A stretch of 64,000 nucleotides of DNA, taken from the NCBI GenBank assembly GCA_963708725.1, contig CAVPTL010000009.1:140425-204424 (forward strand), read 5' to 3'. This document shows, piece after piece, positions 27,310-36,226 of this stretch. Each line of letters starts with the position of its first letter. Within the stretch, counting starts at the first letter, position 1. Below the pieces are notes generated by a model, which saw nothing but the letters and a program-made list of their open reading frames with translations, did no database searches and had not been told where the DNA came from. A program made the position numbers and the translations under genes. The stretch comes from an uncultured Actinomycetes bacterium (GTDB lineage: Bacteria > Actinomycetota > Thermoleophilia > Gaiellales > JAICJC01).

Positions 27310-27737
27310 CCGGCGAGTCGCAGGCGCTGGCCCGATGCCGCGATCAGCGCGCTGACCTCCTGCCATGCCCGTTCGGCGCCATCGGTCTCGACCCGGGTCG
27401 CGCCCAGGCCACAGCGGTCGATCAGGTGGGCGTTCACACACCCACTCGCCCGCCGCCAATCGCCGCCGCGGTAGACGATGTCGGTCAGGGTCGCGCCCGC
27501 GAACAGCTGGGCGAAAGCGCCGCCACGTGGCTGCTCCGGCCACACGGGGCAGTCCAGGTCGGGGCCATCATGCGCGCACGCCACCCAGCCGATCAGCTCG
27601 CCCGAGGACGTCGCGGCCAGGCCCCCGCGCATCACCCGAACGCCGCGGTGCGCCACGGTTTGGGGGACGAGCAGCTCGGCGGTACGCGAGATGGCAAGGA
27701 TGGTGACCGGGGTCACCGGCACGGTCTCATCGATCAT
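27306..27737 (-). CDS. Hypothetical protein (143 aa), last gene of the MttB-TMADH operon
   Basis: ATG 27737 is 90 nt downstream of the TMADH-family stop. High GC3. Its stop overlaps the convergent hydrolase stop (CTAG). No family recognised. Confidence 0.5.
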   Translation of the reverse strand: MIDETVPVTPVTILAISRTAELLVPQTVAHRGVRVMRGGLAATSSGELIGWVACAHDGPDLDCPVWPEQPRGGAFAQLFAGATLTDIVYRGGDWRRASGCVNAHLIDRCGLGATRVETDGAERAWQEVSALIAASGQRLRLAG

Positions 27738-27827
27738 CGGAGTTGCGCCTTCCACTGAGGATTCTGGAGCCTTGAGGATGTATCGACGAAACGCCGGCCT
27801 CGGCGCATCCCGCAAAAGGTGAGGCGA

Positions 27828-29912
27828 CTATCCCTCGACCAGCGGGCGCTCGCGCAGGTACGGCAGCGCGTGGGCGGGGTCGTCCGAGTCGATCTCCCGG
27901 GCGAGGCGGTGGCCATCGAAGATCGCGTCGGCGATCAGGCGAGGCGCCACGCAATCACCGATCTGGTAGACCGCCTCGACGCCCGCCTCCGCCAGAGCAT
28001 CCGGCGAGGCCATCAGCTCGTGGTAGAGCGCGTCGTCTGATACTCGCTGGGTCAGCAGCACGACACCGTCGACGGCGAGCTCTGACCGGGCATCGAACTC
28101 TCCCGCGAGCTCGATGCTCTCGGGGGTGATCCGCTGCACCACGCTCGCGCGGTGGGCCCGCACCCCAAGCTTGTGCAGCAGGCGCCGGGCGGGCAGGCCT
28201 TCGAGCGTCTGGTCACAGAACGGCGCGACCGCGTCGTGGCTGGTGACGAAGTCCACCTCATAGCCGTCGTTTCGAAGCTTCTCGGCGATCGTCGCGCCCG
28301 CAAAGTAGCCCTCATAGTCGACGACCGCGACGCGAGAGCCGGGTGGTTTCTTGCCCTCGACCATGATCTGTTCGGGGGTCAGGACGTGGGGGAGGTTGGC
28401 GTCCGCGCCCGGAATCGGCGCGCGGGTCACGCCGCTGAGCCCGTCGCCGGCCCAGTGCGAGCCGGTCGCCACGATCACGATCTGGGCGCCGTATTCCAGG
28501 ATGTCCTGGGCTGTGAGCGTCGTCTCCAGGCCGACCGAGACGTTCTCGAGCCGGTCGAGTTGGACGCGCCGGTAGTCGATCACATGGCCCCAGCCGCCGA
28601 GTCCGGGGAGCCGGGTGACCCATCGCATCGAGCCGCCGATGTCATCTCCCGAGTCGACCATGTGGACCAGCTCCATGCCGCGCTTGCCGAGCACGATGGC
28701 ACACTCCATCCCGGCCGCTCCGGCGCCGACCACGAGCGCGGCGCGGTCGGCGTTCTTGGCTCGCGTGAACTTCTCGGGGTGCCAGCCGCGGCGATGCTCC
28801 TCGCCGGCGGTCGCGTTTTGGGTACAGCCGAGGTGGCTGCCCCAGATCGATCGTGAGTAGCAGGCGTTACAGCCGATGCACTCTCGGATCTCGTCGTAGC
28901 GGCCCTCCTCGATCTTGCGCGGCAGAAACGGATCTGAGATCGAGGGGCGGGCGGCGCCGATCAGGTCGACCGTACCGCCGCGGACGAGATCCGCCATGCG
29001 ATCGGGATCGGTGAATCGCCCCACGACCACGATCGGCTTCTGGGTGGCCTCGCGGGCTCGGCCTGACCATTCCATCTGGTAGCCCTGCTCGAAGAAGCGC
29101 GACGGGCCGGAGTCGAGCCGCCCGGTGCCCCACATCGATCCGATCACGACGTCCCACAGGTCGACCATCGGGTCGGCCATGCGGATGAACTCCAAGCCGT
29201 CGTCGATCGGCACTCCCGAGAGCTCGAGCGTGTCGGCGGCGATCCGCACCGCAATGGCGACGTCGTCGCCCACCGCGGCTTTGACCAGCTCGATCGCTTC
29301 GAGCCAGAATCGCGCCCGGTTTTCGAGTGAGCCGCCGTACTCGTCGGTGCGGTGGTTGTACAGGGGTGACAGAAACTGCGATGGGAGGTAGGTGTGGGAG
29401 CCGTACACGTAGATGATGTCGAAACCGGCTTGGCGGGCGCGCTTGGCGGCTTCGACCCACTGGTGCTGGACGCGCTGGATGTCGGCGTGGGTCATCGCCT
29501 TGGGCACCACCACGCTGTCGAGGTCGCTGGAGATCTGGGAGGGGGCGAGCTGGGCCAGTCGCGACTCGCGGGCCTCTGCATACACACCGCCGTGCCACAG
29601 CTCGACGCCCGCAAGCGCGCCGTGCTCGTGTGCCTTGGCGGTCATCAGCTGCAGCGCGCGCATGTCCTCGTCGTCCCACAGGCGCGCCGACACGTACGGC
29701 GTCTCGTCGGACTCGGGGCTGATCGAGCAGTACTCGGTACACACCGCCGCCCATCCACCCTCGGCCTTCATCCCGCGAAAGGCGGCCTGCGTCCACGGCT
29801 TCTCGACTCCGAACCCGGTGCAGTGCGGCACCTGGTAGAAGCGGTTTCGAAGCGTCTTTGGCCCGATCTGGACCGGCTCGAACAGGACGTCGTGGCGCTC
29901 GAGCCGGCTCAT
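27828..29912 (-). CDS. Trimethylamine/dimethylamine/histamine dehydrogenase-family FMN + 4Fe-4S + ADP-binding flavoprotein
   Basis: N-terminus 'VLFEPVQIGPKTLRNRFYQVPHCTGFG' closely matches TMADH, including the Cys used for 6-S-cysteinyl FMN. 'CIGCNACYSRSIWGSHLGCTQN' Fe-S motif. 'ALVVGAGAAGMECA' dinucleotide fold. 694 aa. Confidence 0.85.
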   Translation of the reverse strand: MSRLERHDVLFEPVQIGPKTLRNRFYQVPHCTGFGVEKPWTQAAFRGMKAEGGWAAVCTEYCSISPESDETPYVSARLWDDEDMRALQLMTAKAHEHGALAGVELWHGGVYAEARESRLAQLAPSQISSDLDSVVVPKAMTHADIQRVQHQWVEAAKRARQAGFDIIYVYGSHTYLPSQFLSPLYNHRTDEYGGSLENRARFWLEAIELVKAAVGDDVAIAVRIAADTLELSGVPIDDGLEFIRMADPMVDLWDVVIGSMWGTGRLDSGPSRFFEQGYQMEWSGRAREATQKPIVVVGRFTDPDRMADLVRGGTVDLIGAARPSISDPFLPRKIEEGRYDEIRECIGCNACYSRSIWGSHLGCTQNATAGEEHRRGWHPEKFTRAKNADRAALVVGAGAAGMECAIVLGKRGMELVHMVDSGDDIGGSMRWVTRLPGLGGWGHVIDYRRVQLDRLENVSVGLETTLTAQDILEYGAQIVIVATGSHWAGDGLSGVTRAPIPGADANLPHVLTPEQIMVEGKKPPGSRVAVVDYEGYFAGATIAEKLRNDGYEVDFVTSHDAVAPFCDQTLEGLPARRLLHKLGVRAHRASVVQRITPESIELAGEFDARSELAVDGVVLLTQRVSDDALYHELMASPDALAEAGVEAVYQIGDCVAPRLIADAIFDGHRLAREIDSDDPAHALPYLRERPLVEG

Positions 29913-31360
29913 GCGGCGTGCTCAGCCTCGATCTCTGAGCGGCGGCGAGTGATGTACTCCTGAAGCTCCTCGTCGATCGCCGGGTCGATGCCGGGATCCT
30001 CGTAGCTCTCGAGCAGCGCCTTCCATTGCGCGGTGGCCTGATGGTCGGCGGTGTGCGCGCCCTGCTTCTCCCAGGTGACGTAGGCCTGCGACTTGAACAG
30101 CGGGCTCATGAACACCCAGTCTCGGAAATGCTCGAGCGTGTGCGTCGATCCGAGGAACATGCCCCCAGGGCCTTCCTCGCGGATCGCGTCGATTGCGAAC
30201 TCTTCCTCGCCGATCCCGATGCCCTGGCGCATGATCACGAACATCCGCAGCACCTCGAGGTCGAGCGCAAGCTTCTCGTAGCTCGCGGTCAGGCCGCCTT
30301 CGAGCCACCCCGCTGCGTGCATCACCAGGTCGGAGCCGGCCATGAACGTGGCCCACAGCATGTTGAGCGACTCCGAGGCCGCCTGCGCGTCGAGCGCGTT
30401 TCCGGAGCAGAGGCCGCCGCCTCCCCGAAACGGGATCTTGTAGCGCCGCGCGAGCTGGCCGCCCGCGATGCAGCCGAGCACCGACTCGGGAGTGCCAAAC
30501 GAGGGGCCTCCGGTGCGCATGTCGACCGCGCTGAAGAACGACCCGAACACGCACGGCGCTCCCGGCCGCACGGTCTGGGCAAGCGCGACCCCTGAGAGCG
30601 CCTCGGCGACCTGCTGGGCGAGGCCGCCGGCGATCGAGACCGGTGCGGTTGCACCGGCGAGCAGGAACGGTGTGACCACGACCGGCTGGTTTGCGGTTGC
30701 CCACTCCATCAGGGCGTCGGCCATCAGCCAGTCCCACACCAGCGGACTGTTGGGATTCACGACTCCCAGCATGCCCGGAGTCTTTTCGATCTCCTCGCGG
30801 CCGCCGCAGGCGATGGCGGCGAGGTTGACCGCGTCGCGCGCTTTCGGCCCCGAGGTGCCGTAACACACGTACGGCTTGTCCGACCAGCGGATCACGGCGT
30901 AGTCCATGTCCATGTGGCGGGTCTGGTCGTCGAGATCCGAGGCCTCGACCACGCCGCTCTGCTGACAGGTGAGCAGGTCGGCCGCTTGCGCCATCTTGAC
31001 CAGCTCCAGGTAGTCGCGCATCGAACCTTCTCGCCGGCCCCGCTCGAGATCGGAGCAAAACGGCGAGCCACCGACCGGGGTCAGGACGAATGAGCCGCCG
31101 CCGAGGGTGACGGCCCGCTCGGGGTTTCGGCCGCGCACGGTGAAGGTCTCGGGTGCCTTGGCGAGCATCTCCATCACGAACTCGCGATCCCAGCGCACTC
31201 GGGTGCCATCGACGTTCTGCCCGGCTGCGGCGAGCAGTTCCAGCGCGCCGTCGTGGCGCACCTCGGTGCCGATCTCCTCGAGGATCGTCATCGCCCGATC
31301 ATGGATCAGATCGAGCTGCTCTTCGGTGAGCACCTGGGCGCGCGCGTGGCTTTCGAACAT
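29909..31360 (-). CDS. MttB-superfamily (trimethylamine methyltransferase-like) protein, non-pyrrolysine type
   Basis: 483-aa uninterrupted ORF (no in-frame amber). 'LTEEQLDLIHDRAMTILEEIG' N-terminus and overall length are typical of MttB/MtgB relatives. 4-nt overlap with the downstream dehydrogenase gene. Confidence 0.75.
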   Translation of the reverse strand: MFESHARAQVLTEEQLDLIHDRAMTILEEIGTEVRHDGALELLAAAGQNVDGTRVRWDREFVMEMLAKAPETFTVRGRNPERAVTLGGGSFVLTPVGGSPFCSDLERGRREGSMRDYLELVKMAQAADLLTCQQSGVVEASDLDDQTRHMDMDYAVIRWSDKPYVCYGTSGPKARDAVNLAAIACGGREEIEKTPGMLGVVNPNSPLVWDWLMADALMEWATANQPVVVTPFLLAGATAPVSIAGGLAQQVAEALSGVALAQTVRPGAPCVFGSFFSAVDMRTGGPSFGTPESVLGCIAGGQLARRYKIPFRGGGGLCSGNALDAQAASESLNMLWATFMAGSDLVMHAAGWLEGGLTASYEKLALDLEVLRMFVIMRQGIGIGEEEFAIDAIREEGPGGMFLGSTHTLEHFRDWVFMSPLFKSQAYVTWEKQGAHTADHQATAQWKALLESYEDPGIDPAIDEELQEYITRRRSEIEAEHAA

Positions 31361-31413
31361 CGGCTGACACTACAGCGAGTCTCGGCGCCACGCCCCACGT
31401 AGTATGTGCTGCG

Positions 31414-32448
31414 ATGACCAGAGACGAACTTTTCGACACGCTCTCAGACCTTGTCGCGCTGCACTCTCCCAGCGGGGTCGAGCAGGCAGTCGACGCGTAT
31501 CTGCTTGACCGCCTCGCCGCCTTCGGGACGCCCACGCTCGACGCGGGTGGAAACGTCATTCTGCGGATTGCAGGCCGTGACTCGAGCGAGCTGGTGTCGA
31601 TCCTTGCACACAAGGACGAGATCGGGACGATGGTCAAACGCATCGACGAAGACGGCCGGCTGGCCGTGTCAAAGGTCGGTGGGTCGTTTGCCTGGGTGTG
31701 GGGCGAGGGGCCGGTGGAGGTGCTCGGCGACCACGCTCAGATCACGGGAGTGCTGAGCTTCGGCGCGCGCCACGTCTCCGACGAATCACCCCAGCGCGAG
31801 CAGGACGAGAAGACGATCCAGTGGCGGCACGCTTGGGTCGAGACGATGCTCGACGACGACAAGCTGAAGGCCGCTGGAGTCCGCCCGGGATCGCGGGTGG
31901 TACCGACGGCCTACCGCAAGCGAGCGGTGCGGATCGGCCCCGAGGAGGAGTACGTCGCGTCGTATGCGATCGACGACAAGGGAGCCGTCACCGGCCTGCT
32001 CGATCTGGCAGCGCGACTGACCGCGCCGCCGCGTTGCGACGTCGAGCTGGTGTTCACCTCGCGTGAAGAGATCGGCTGCGCCGGCGCGGCCTTCTATGCC
32101 GCCAACACGGATGCGACCGCCGCCATCGCGCTGGAGGTGACGCCCGTCGCCAGGGAGTACGGCATCGCACTCACCGCCGACCCGGTGCTGATCGTGGGTG
32201 ATTCCTATGGCCCGTTGCACGACGCGCTCGGGCGAGAGCTCGCCGGGGCGGGGGAGGCAGCCGGCTTGACGGTCAGGCACGCCGTGGTCTCGAGCTTCGG
32301 CTCCGACGCATCCTCGGTGATGCGGGCCGGGACGGTTGCGCGCACCGCCTGCCTCGCGTTCCCGACCGAGAACACCCACGGCTTTGAGATCGCCCACCTC
32401 GACGGCATCGCAAACTGCGTGACGCTGCTCGAACGCTGGCTGGCGTAG
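31414..32448 (+). CDS. M42-family peptidase (FrvX/glutamyl aminopeptidase-like)
   Basis: 'LVALHSPSGVEQAV', 'ILAHKDEIGTMVKRIDEDGRLAVSKVGG', 'AIDDKGAV' are M42 patterns. Confidence 0.7.
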   Translation: MTRDELFDTLSDLVALHSPSGVEQAVDAYLLDRLAAFGTPTLDAGGNVILRIAGRDSSELVSILAHKDEIGTMVKRIDEDGRLAVSKVGGSFAWVWGEGPVEVLGDHAQITGVLSFGARHVSDESPQREQDEKTIQWRHAWVETMLDDDKLKAAGVRPGSRVVPTAYRKRAVRIGPEEEYVASYAIDDKGAVTGLLDLAARLTAPPRCDVELVFTSREEIGCAGAAFYAANTDATAAIALEVTPVAREYGIALTADPVLIVGDSYGPLHDALGRELAGAGEAAGLTVRHAVVSSFGSDASSVMRAGTVARTACLAFPTENTHGFEIAHLDGIANCVTLLERWLA

Positions 32449-32480
32449 CGGCTCGCGGAGGTGCGTAGAATGAGGCCCTC

Positions 32481-32554
32481 GGCGGAGTAGCTCAGCTGGT
32501 TAGAGCAGCGGAATCATAATCCGCGTGTCGGGGGTTCGAGTCCCTCCTCCGCTA
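32481..32554 (+). tRNA. tRNA-Met: tRNA-Met (anticodon CAT), elongator-like; tRNA-Ile2(CAU) cannot be excluded
   Basis: Cloverleaf folded by hand: acceptor GGCGGAG/CTCCGCT (G1-U72), D-arm GCTC/GAGC, anticodon arm GCGGA-ATCATAA-TCCGC, variable loop GTGTC, T-arm GGGGG-TTCGAGT-CCCTC, discriminator A. CCA is not encoded. Confidence 0.9.
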
Positions 32555-32607
32555 TCGCTGGTGTTCCCCAAACTGTTCCCAACTCTAAGCGTCGTTCCAG
32601 GCATGCC

Positions 32608-32631
32608 GACGCCGCCCTGGTGGGCGGCGTC
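32608..32631 (+). terminator. Hairpin downstream of the tRNA
   Basis: GACGCCGCC-ctggtg-GGCGGCGTC (9-bp GC stem) followed by AGTTTC. Weak U-tract. Confidence 0.4.
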
Positions 32632-32654
32632 AGTTTCATCGTAGGATCGGATGC

Positions 32655-33455
32655 ATGAGTGCTGATGGTGACATCGCCCGGCTCGCCGGGATGATCCGGT
32701 TGGCGGGTGGTCGGATGGTTGTGCTCACGGGCGCCGGCGTTTCCACGGAGTCGGGACTGCCGGACTTCCGAAGCCCCGGCGGCCGCTGGACAATCGAGGA
32801 TTGGCAGCAGACAGCGACGGCTGAGGTCGCTGGGAAGCATCCCGAGCGGGTGTGGGAGTTCACCAGTGAGCTGGTGTCCGAGCTGGGCGGCGCTGAGCCG
32901 AACGACACGCATCGGGTGCTCGCGGACTGGGAGCGGCGAGGGCTGGTCTCGCTGGTCGCGACGCAGAACATCGATGGCCTCCACCAGGTCGCGGGCTCCC
33001 GCGCGGTGGTTGAGCTTCACGGCACGCTTCGGGAGGCGGCGTGCACCAACTGCGAAACCCGGCTGCCGATGGAGGACGCCCTTGCGCTCCTCGAATCGAG
33101 CCCAGGCGGGTATCCGGTCTGTACTTGCGGCGCCGCGTTTCGCCCGGCGATCGTCTTGTTCGACGAGATGCTTCCCTACTGGGAATGGAAGCGGGCGAGT
33201 CGTCTCGTTGCAAGTGGAGAAACGAGGCTTGTGCTCTGCCTTGGTACGAGCCTGATGGTGCGCCCGGTCGCGGATCTGCCCCGCTATGGCCGCCAGGCCG
33301 GCGCGCAGGTAGCGATCATCAATCGCGGAGAGACCGGCTATGACGATCCCGGACTTCATGACGTGCTCATCCGCGCGCCGCTCGGAGAAACGATGACTGC
33401 GCTCAGCCGGGTGCTGGACTCGCACGGGCGGGATCCTCGCACCGACAACCCCTGA
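32655..33455 (+). CDS. NAD-dependent protein deacylase, Sir2/CobB family
   Basis: 'VVLTGAGVSTESGLPDFRSPGG', 'ATQNIDGLH', 'ELHG', Zn module 'CTNC...CTCG', 'LGTSLMV' are canonical sirtuin motifs. 266 aa. Confidence 0.85.
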   Translation: MSADGDIARLAGMIRLAGGRMVVLTGAGVSTESGLPDFRSPGGRWTIEDWQQTATAEVAGKHPERVWEFTSELVSELGGAEPNDTHRVLADWERRGLVSLVATQNIDGLHQVAGSRAVVELHGTLREAACTNCETRLPMEDALALLESSPGGYPVCTCGAAFRPAIVLFDEMLPYWEWKRASRLVASGETRLVLCLGTSLMVRPVADLPRYGRQAGAQVAIINRGETGYDDPGLHDVLIRAPLGETMTALSRVLDSHGRDPRTDNP

Positions 33456-33786
33456 TCAACGAGACGAAACAGCCGACGTCGAACTCCGGCCAGTGCCGGT
33501 TACGTGGGTGACGCCACCAGGCGTGCAATACACAAGCTGGCCATGGGGGCTGAGCGTAACCCCGAGCGCTCCAGACGGAGGCGTGAACCGCCAGGTGGTC
33601 GTCGAGTTAGCAGTCGCGCCGCCCCAGCACCAGCTTTGCAGTGTAGGTATGACCCCATGAAGCCCTGTCAGCCGCAGTTTCCGCTTCGGCGGCGGCTCGT
33701 GTAACGAGCCCCGTCGAGCCCTCAAGGACGACCAACAAACAACGCCCGGCTCTGGGATGATACGGCCGTCGAAAGGAGAGCCGGGC

Positions 33787-34170
33787 ATGAGCGAGCAGAC
33801 CAAGAACACCAACGAAGCGGACATCGCCGCGGTGACCGACGTCGTGCGTGCCTACTACGACGGGTCGATGACTGGCGACGAAGCGAAACTTGCCGGTGCG
33901 TTCCACCCACGAGCCTCCATCGTTGGCACATGGCAAGGCAAGCTGGAGTGGCAGACGCGAGAGGAGTACATCGCCGAATGCGTGGAAGGCGCCAGCGAAG
34001 CAGGTGAATATGACCTGCGGATCACTGGGATGTCATTCGAGGGGAACACGGCGCTCGTCAGAGATGCCGCCCAGTTCGGCGGCATCTACTTCACCGACGA
34101 TCTGTCACTGGTCAAGGACGAGGGCAACTGGCGTATCGTCAACAAGACCTACTACGCGCACCCGGCCTGA
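33787..34170 (+). CDS. NTF2-like (SnoaL/lumazine-binding-type) protein
   Basis: 'IAAVTDVVRAYYDGSMTGDEAKLAGAFHP...' pattern of the nuclear-transport-factor-2 fold family. ATG 33787 is preceded by AAGGAG at 8 nt. Confidence 0.6.
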   Translation: MSEQTKNTNEADIAAVTDVVRAYYDGSMTGDEAKLAGAFHPRASIVGTWQGKLEWQTREEYIAECVEGASEAGEYDLRITGMSFEGNTALVRDAAQFGGIYFTDDLSLVKDEGNWRIVNKTYYAHPA

Positions 34171-34211
34171 CGAACCGCCACCTGGCCGCCGGCGCGGAAC
34201 ATGAGATCGCG

Positions 34212-34427
34212 GTGCGCGCGATTGACAGACCCCTTTTACCTGGTACCAAACTGATTTGCTACCCATCCGCAGGTGTCCCGGAGCAACACGTCTTCTCACA
34301 CGCCCGCTGGAGGTTGCGCAAAGCCAACCTCGGCTTCTACGCCAAACACGGCTACGTGATCGCAGCAGCCGGACGCGAGCCAGCCTCACAGCTTGACCAC
34401 TGGATCCTCCGACGACCTGCCGGGTAA
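34212..34427 (+). pseudogene. Possible C-terminal fragment of a GNAT acetyltransferase
   Basis: Only the terminal 'ANLGFYAKHGYVIAAAGRE...LDHWILRRP' GNAT-like motif is present. No upstream acetyl-CoA-binding region in frame. Confidence 0.3.
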
Positions 34428-34532
34428 GCCCGCCAGGGTGCAGCTCGGTCTGGCTGTTCCGGATCTCAATCCCCTGAGCAGTGCCGTCTGCCTGGATTGA
34501 ACGCGAGCCTCCGTTGGGCATGGTCGTTGCGT

Positions 34533-35837
34533 ATGATGCAAGCGGAGCCGACGGAGGGCGGCGCAGTGGAACAGACTCCTGGGCGAACAGTGACACTGCT
34601 GTTCTCGGATATCGAGGGATCGACGCGATTGGTGCGTCGCCTCGGCGAGCGGGGCTACGCCGACGCGCTTGCTGAGCACCGAGGCGTGCTTCGAAAAGCG
34701 CTCGGTGTCCACGGCGGGATTGAAGTTGACTGCCGCGCAGACGAGTGGTTTGCGGTCTTTCCGAGCTCTCGCGAGGCGCTCGAACTGGCGATCGCCGTGC
34801 AGGATGAGCTGGCGGGATTGGAGTTGCCCGACGATCTTCGGCTCCGGGTACGGATGGGGTTGCACGCCGGTGAGCCGACGGTCTCCGATGGTGCATATCT
34901 GGGCACCGACGTGAACCGCGCCGCTCGAATCTGCTCGGCTGGGCATGGCGGACAGGTGCTCGTATCCGGCGCGGTGCGAGAACTGGTCGGCGATCGGTTC
35001 GAGTTTCTCGACCTGGGCTCGTACGCGCTGGCGGGAATCCCACGGCCCGAGCAGATCTACCAGCTGTCGATTTCGCAGACCGCGGCGAGCTTTCCGCCGT
35101 TGCGCGCGCCAGCGTCGGGTCCGCGCAACAATCGCCGGCCCATCGGGCGGCGAGGTCGCCAGGAACCCACCCTGTCGTCGGCAGCATGGCGAGTCCGCGC
35201 CGCGATCCCCCGCGTCGAGAGCGAGCATCGATCGTTCTATGCCGAGTTGGGAGCGGGTCTGTTCTCGGCAGCGCGCGCGGTGGAGCGCGCCGACGCGTTT
35301 CTGGATCGAGTCGATCATCGACGGCTTGCCGAGCGACTGGCCGAATACCAGCAACTCGCTGTCTTCTCAGAGCCCGCCGCGCTGGAGACGCAGCGCATCC
35401 GCGATCAGATCGCAGCGGTCGAGCACCTTGGCCGTCTGCGCGACTCCGCCATCGCGTGCGCGACGAGTGTGTCCGACCTGTTCGTGGAGCCTGGTGAGAT
35501 CCATCCCGCAGACCTCGCGCCCCTTCGCGACAAGGTCTCAGCAGCCGTGGAGGCGCTGGATCGGGCCGTTACTCGTGCGGCGGCGATCGTCAGCCCCACG
35601 TGTTTCAAACTGAAGAGGACTCGTCATCGTGGCATCTACACCTCCGGGGGGATCTACATCGTCTCGTATCGAGACGACGCCGGGACAAAGCAGGTTGGTG
35701 AGTTCGTCGCGCTCGCCGATGCCAAGCGGTTTAGAACTGAAACTCGAGTCGCCGCACAGATGCGGCGGGTCGCGTCGCGCTCCGCGTGGGTGGACGCCGA
35801 ACGGCAACGCTCGAAGTGGGGCAGAAGCGGGTCATAG
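34533..35837 (+). CDS. Class III adenylate/guanylate cyclase domain protein with unusual C-terminal region
   Basis: 'VTLLFSDIEGSTRL...EVDCRADEWFAVF...RMGLHAGEP...GTDVNRAARICSAGHGGQVLVS' cyclase catalytic motifs in residues ~20-190. About 240 further residues have no recognised family except the terminal integrase-arm-like segment. Confidence 0.75.
   Translation: MMQAEPTEGGAVEQTPGRTVTLLFSDIEGSTRLVRRLGERGYADALAEHRGVLRKALGVHGGIEVDCRADEWFAVFPSSREALELAIAVQDELAGLELPDDLRLRVRMGLHAGEPTVSDGAYLGTDVNRAARICSAGHGGQVLVSGAVRELVGDRFEFLDLGSYALAGIPRPEQIYQLSISQTAASFPPLRAPASGPRNNRRPIGRRGRQEPTLSSAAWRVRAAIPRVESEHRSFYAELGAGLFSAARAVERADAFLDRVDHRRLAERLAEYQQLAVFSEPAALETQRIRDQIAAVEHLGRLRDSAIACATSVSDLFVEPGEIHPADLAPLRDKVSAAVEALDRAVTRAAAIVSPTCFKLKRTRHRGIYTSGGIYIVSYRDDAGTKQVGEFVALADAKRFRTETRVAAQMRRVASRSAWVDAERQRSKWGRSGS
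35604..35837 (+). mobile_element. Possible remnant of a tyrosine-integrase N-terminal arm-binding (AP2-like) domain, embedded in the 3' end of the cyclase ORF
   Basis: 'RGIYTSGGIYIVSYRDDAGTKQVGEFVALADAKRFRTETRVAAQMRRVASRSAWVDAE' follows the pattern Y-x-V-x-[YW]-R-D-x-x-G-x(5-7)-F-x(3)-[DE]-A-x-x-F-...-G-x-[WY]-V-D-[PA] seen at actinobacterial phage-integrase N-termini. No core-binding or catalytic domain follows. Confidence 0.35.
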
Positions 35838-35868
35838 TCTCTCGAAGTCGGGGACGAGATAGACGGTT

Positions 35869-36030
35869 TTAGGGCGCTACGTCGGGCTTCCGGCGAAAGA
35901 GATCACGGAAGCGTTGCAACAGCGACAGGTTGCCGGATTCGCGCCGCGCGCGGTCGAGCTCGGCGTCTCGCGCGTGAATCTCACGCCGACGGTCGATCTC
36001 ATGATGGTCTAGGGGGCCTCCTAACGACAT
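35869..36030 (-). CDS. Small basic protein (53 aa), unannotated (below the track cutoff)
   Basis: Hand-translated as MSLGGPLDHHEIDRRREIHARDAELDRARRESGNLSLLQRFRDLFRRKPDVAP*. ATG is preceded by GAGGGAGG at 7-nt spacing. Uses rare TTA/CTA/ATT/GTA codons, consistent with the lower-GC context. Confidence 0.4.
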   Translation of the reverse strand: MSLGGPLDHHEIDRRREIHARDAELDRARRESGNLSLLQRFRDLFRRKPDVAP

Positions 36031-36226
36031 CCACAAACCTCCCTCTCGTAGGCACGAACGAGTCTCGATCCCAGTCTCGAACCGAGCGCCAATGCCACCA
36101 CACTATCGGTTTGAGCCGATCGTGACAAGCTAGTTGGGGCGCCTCACCCGAAAACGACTTGGGGGAGGATCGTCGCATCTGGTACATTCGTCCCGGAACA
36201 TCCTCGCCCAGACAAGGAGCGGGCTG

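Noticed and set aside
32655-33455. Sir2 protein next to a tRNA, considered as a possible defence SIR2 (Thoeris/DSR/SIR2-HerA-like).
   Set aside because: It has every canonical sirtuin/CobB motif, including the Zn-Cys module. It is of housekeeping size (266 aa) and has no fused or adjacent SLOG, HerA, TIR, Ago or helicase partner.
33545-33563. 'GGGGGCTGAGCGTAACCCC', reminiscent of the CUGAGA/ACCC core of a TPP riboswitch, in the 330-nt gap upstream of the NTF2-like gene.
   Set aside because: The second conserved TPP element (ACCUGAUCUGGAUAAUGCCAGCG-like) is absent, and the downstream gene is unrelated to thiamine. I recognised no other riboswitch consensus in that gap.
34533-35837. Either cyclase (this one or 48721..52059), considered as a Pycsar/CBASS-type signalling cyclase.
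   Set aside because: Both have ordinary class III cyclase motifs typical of actinobacterial cAMP signalling proteins. There is no adjacent effector with TM, TIR, nuclease or patatin domains. The only cNMP-binding protein (47508..47909) has no effector domain. Kept only as a low-probability note under the STAND finding.
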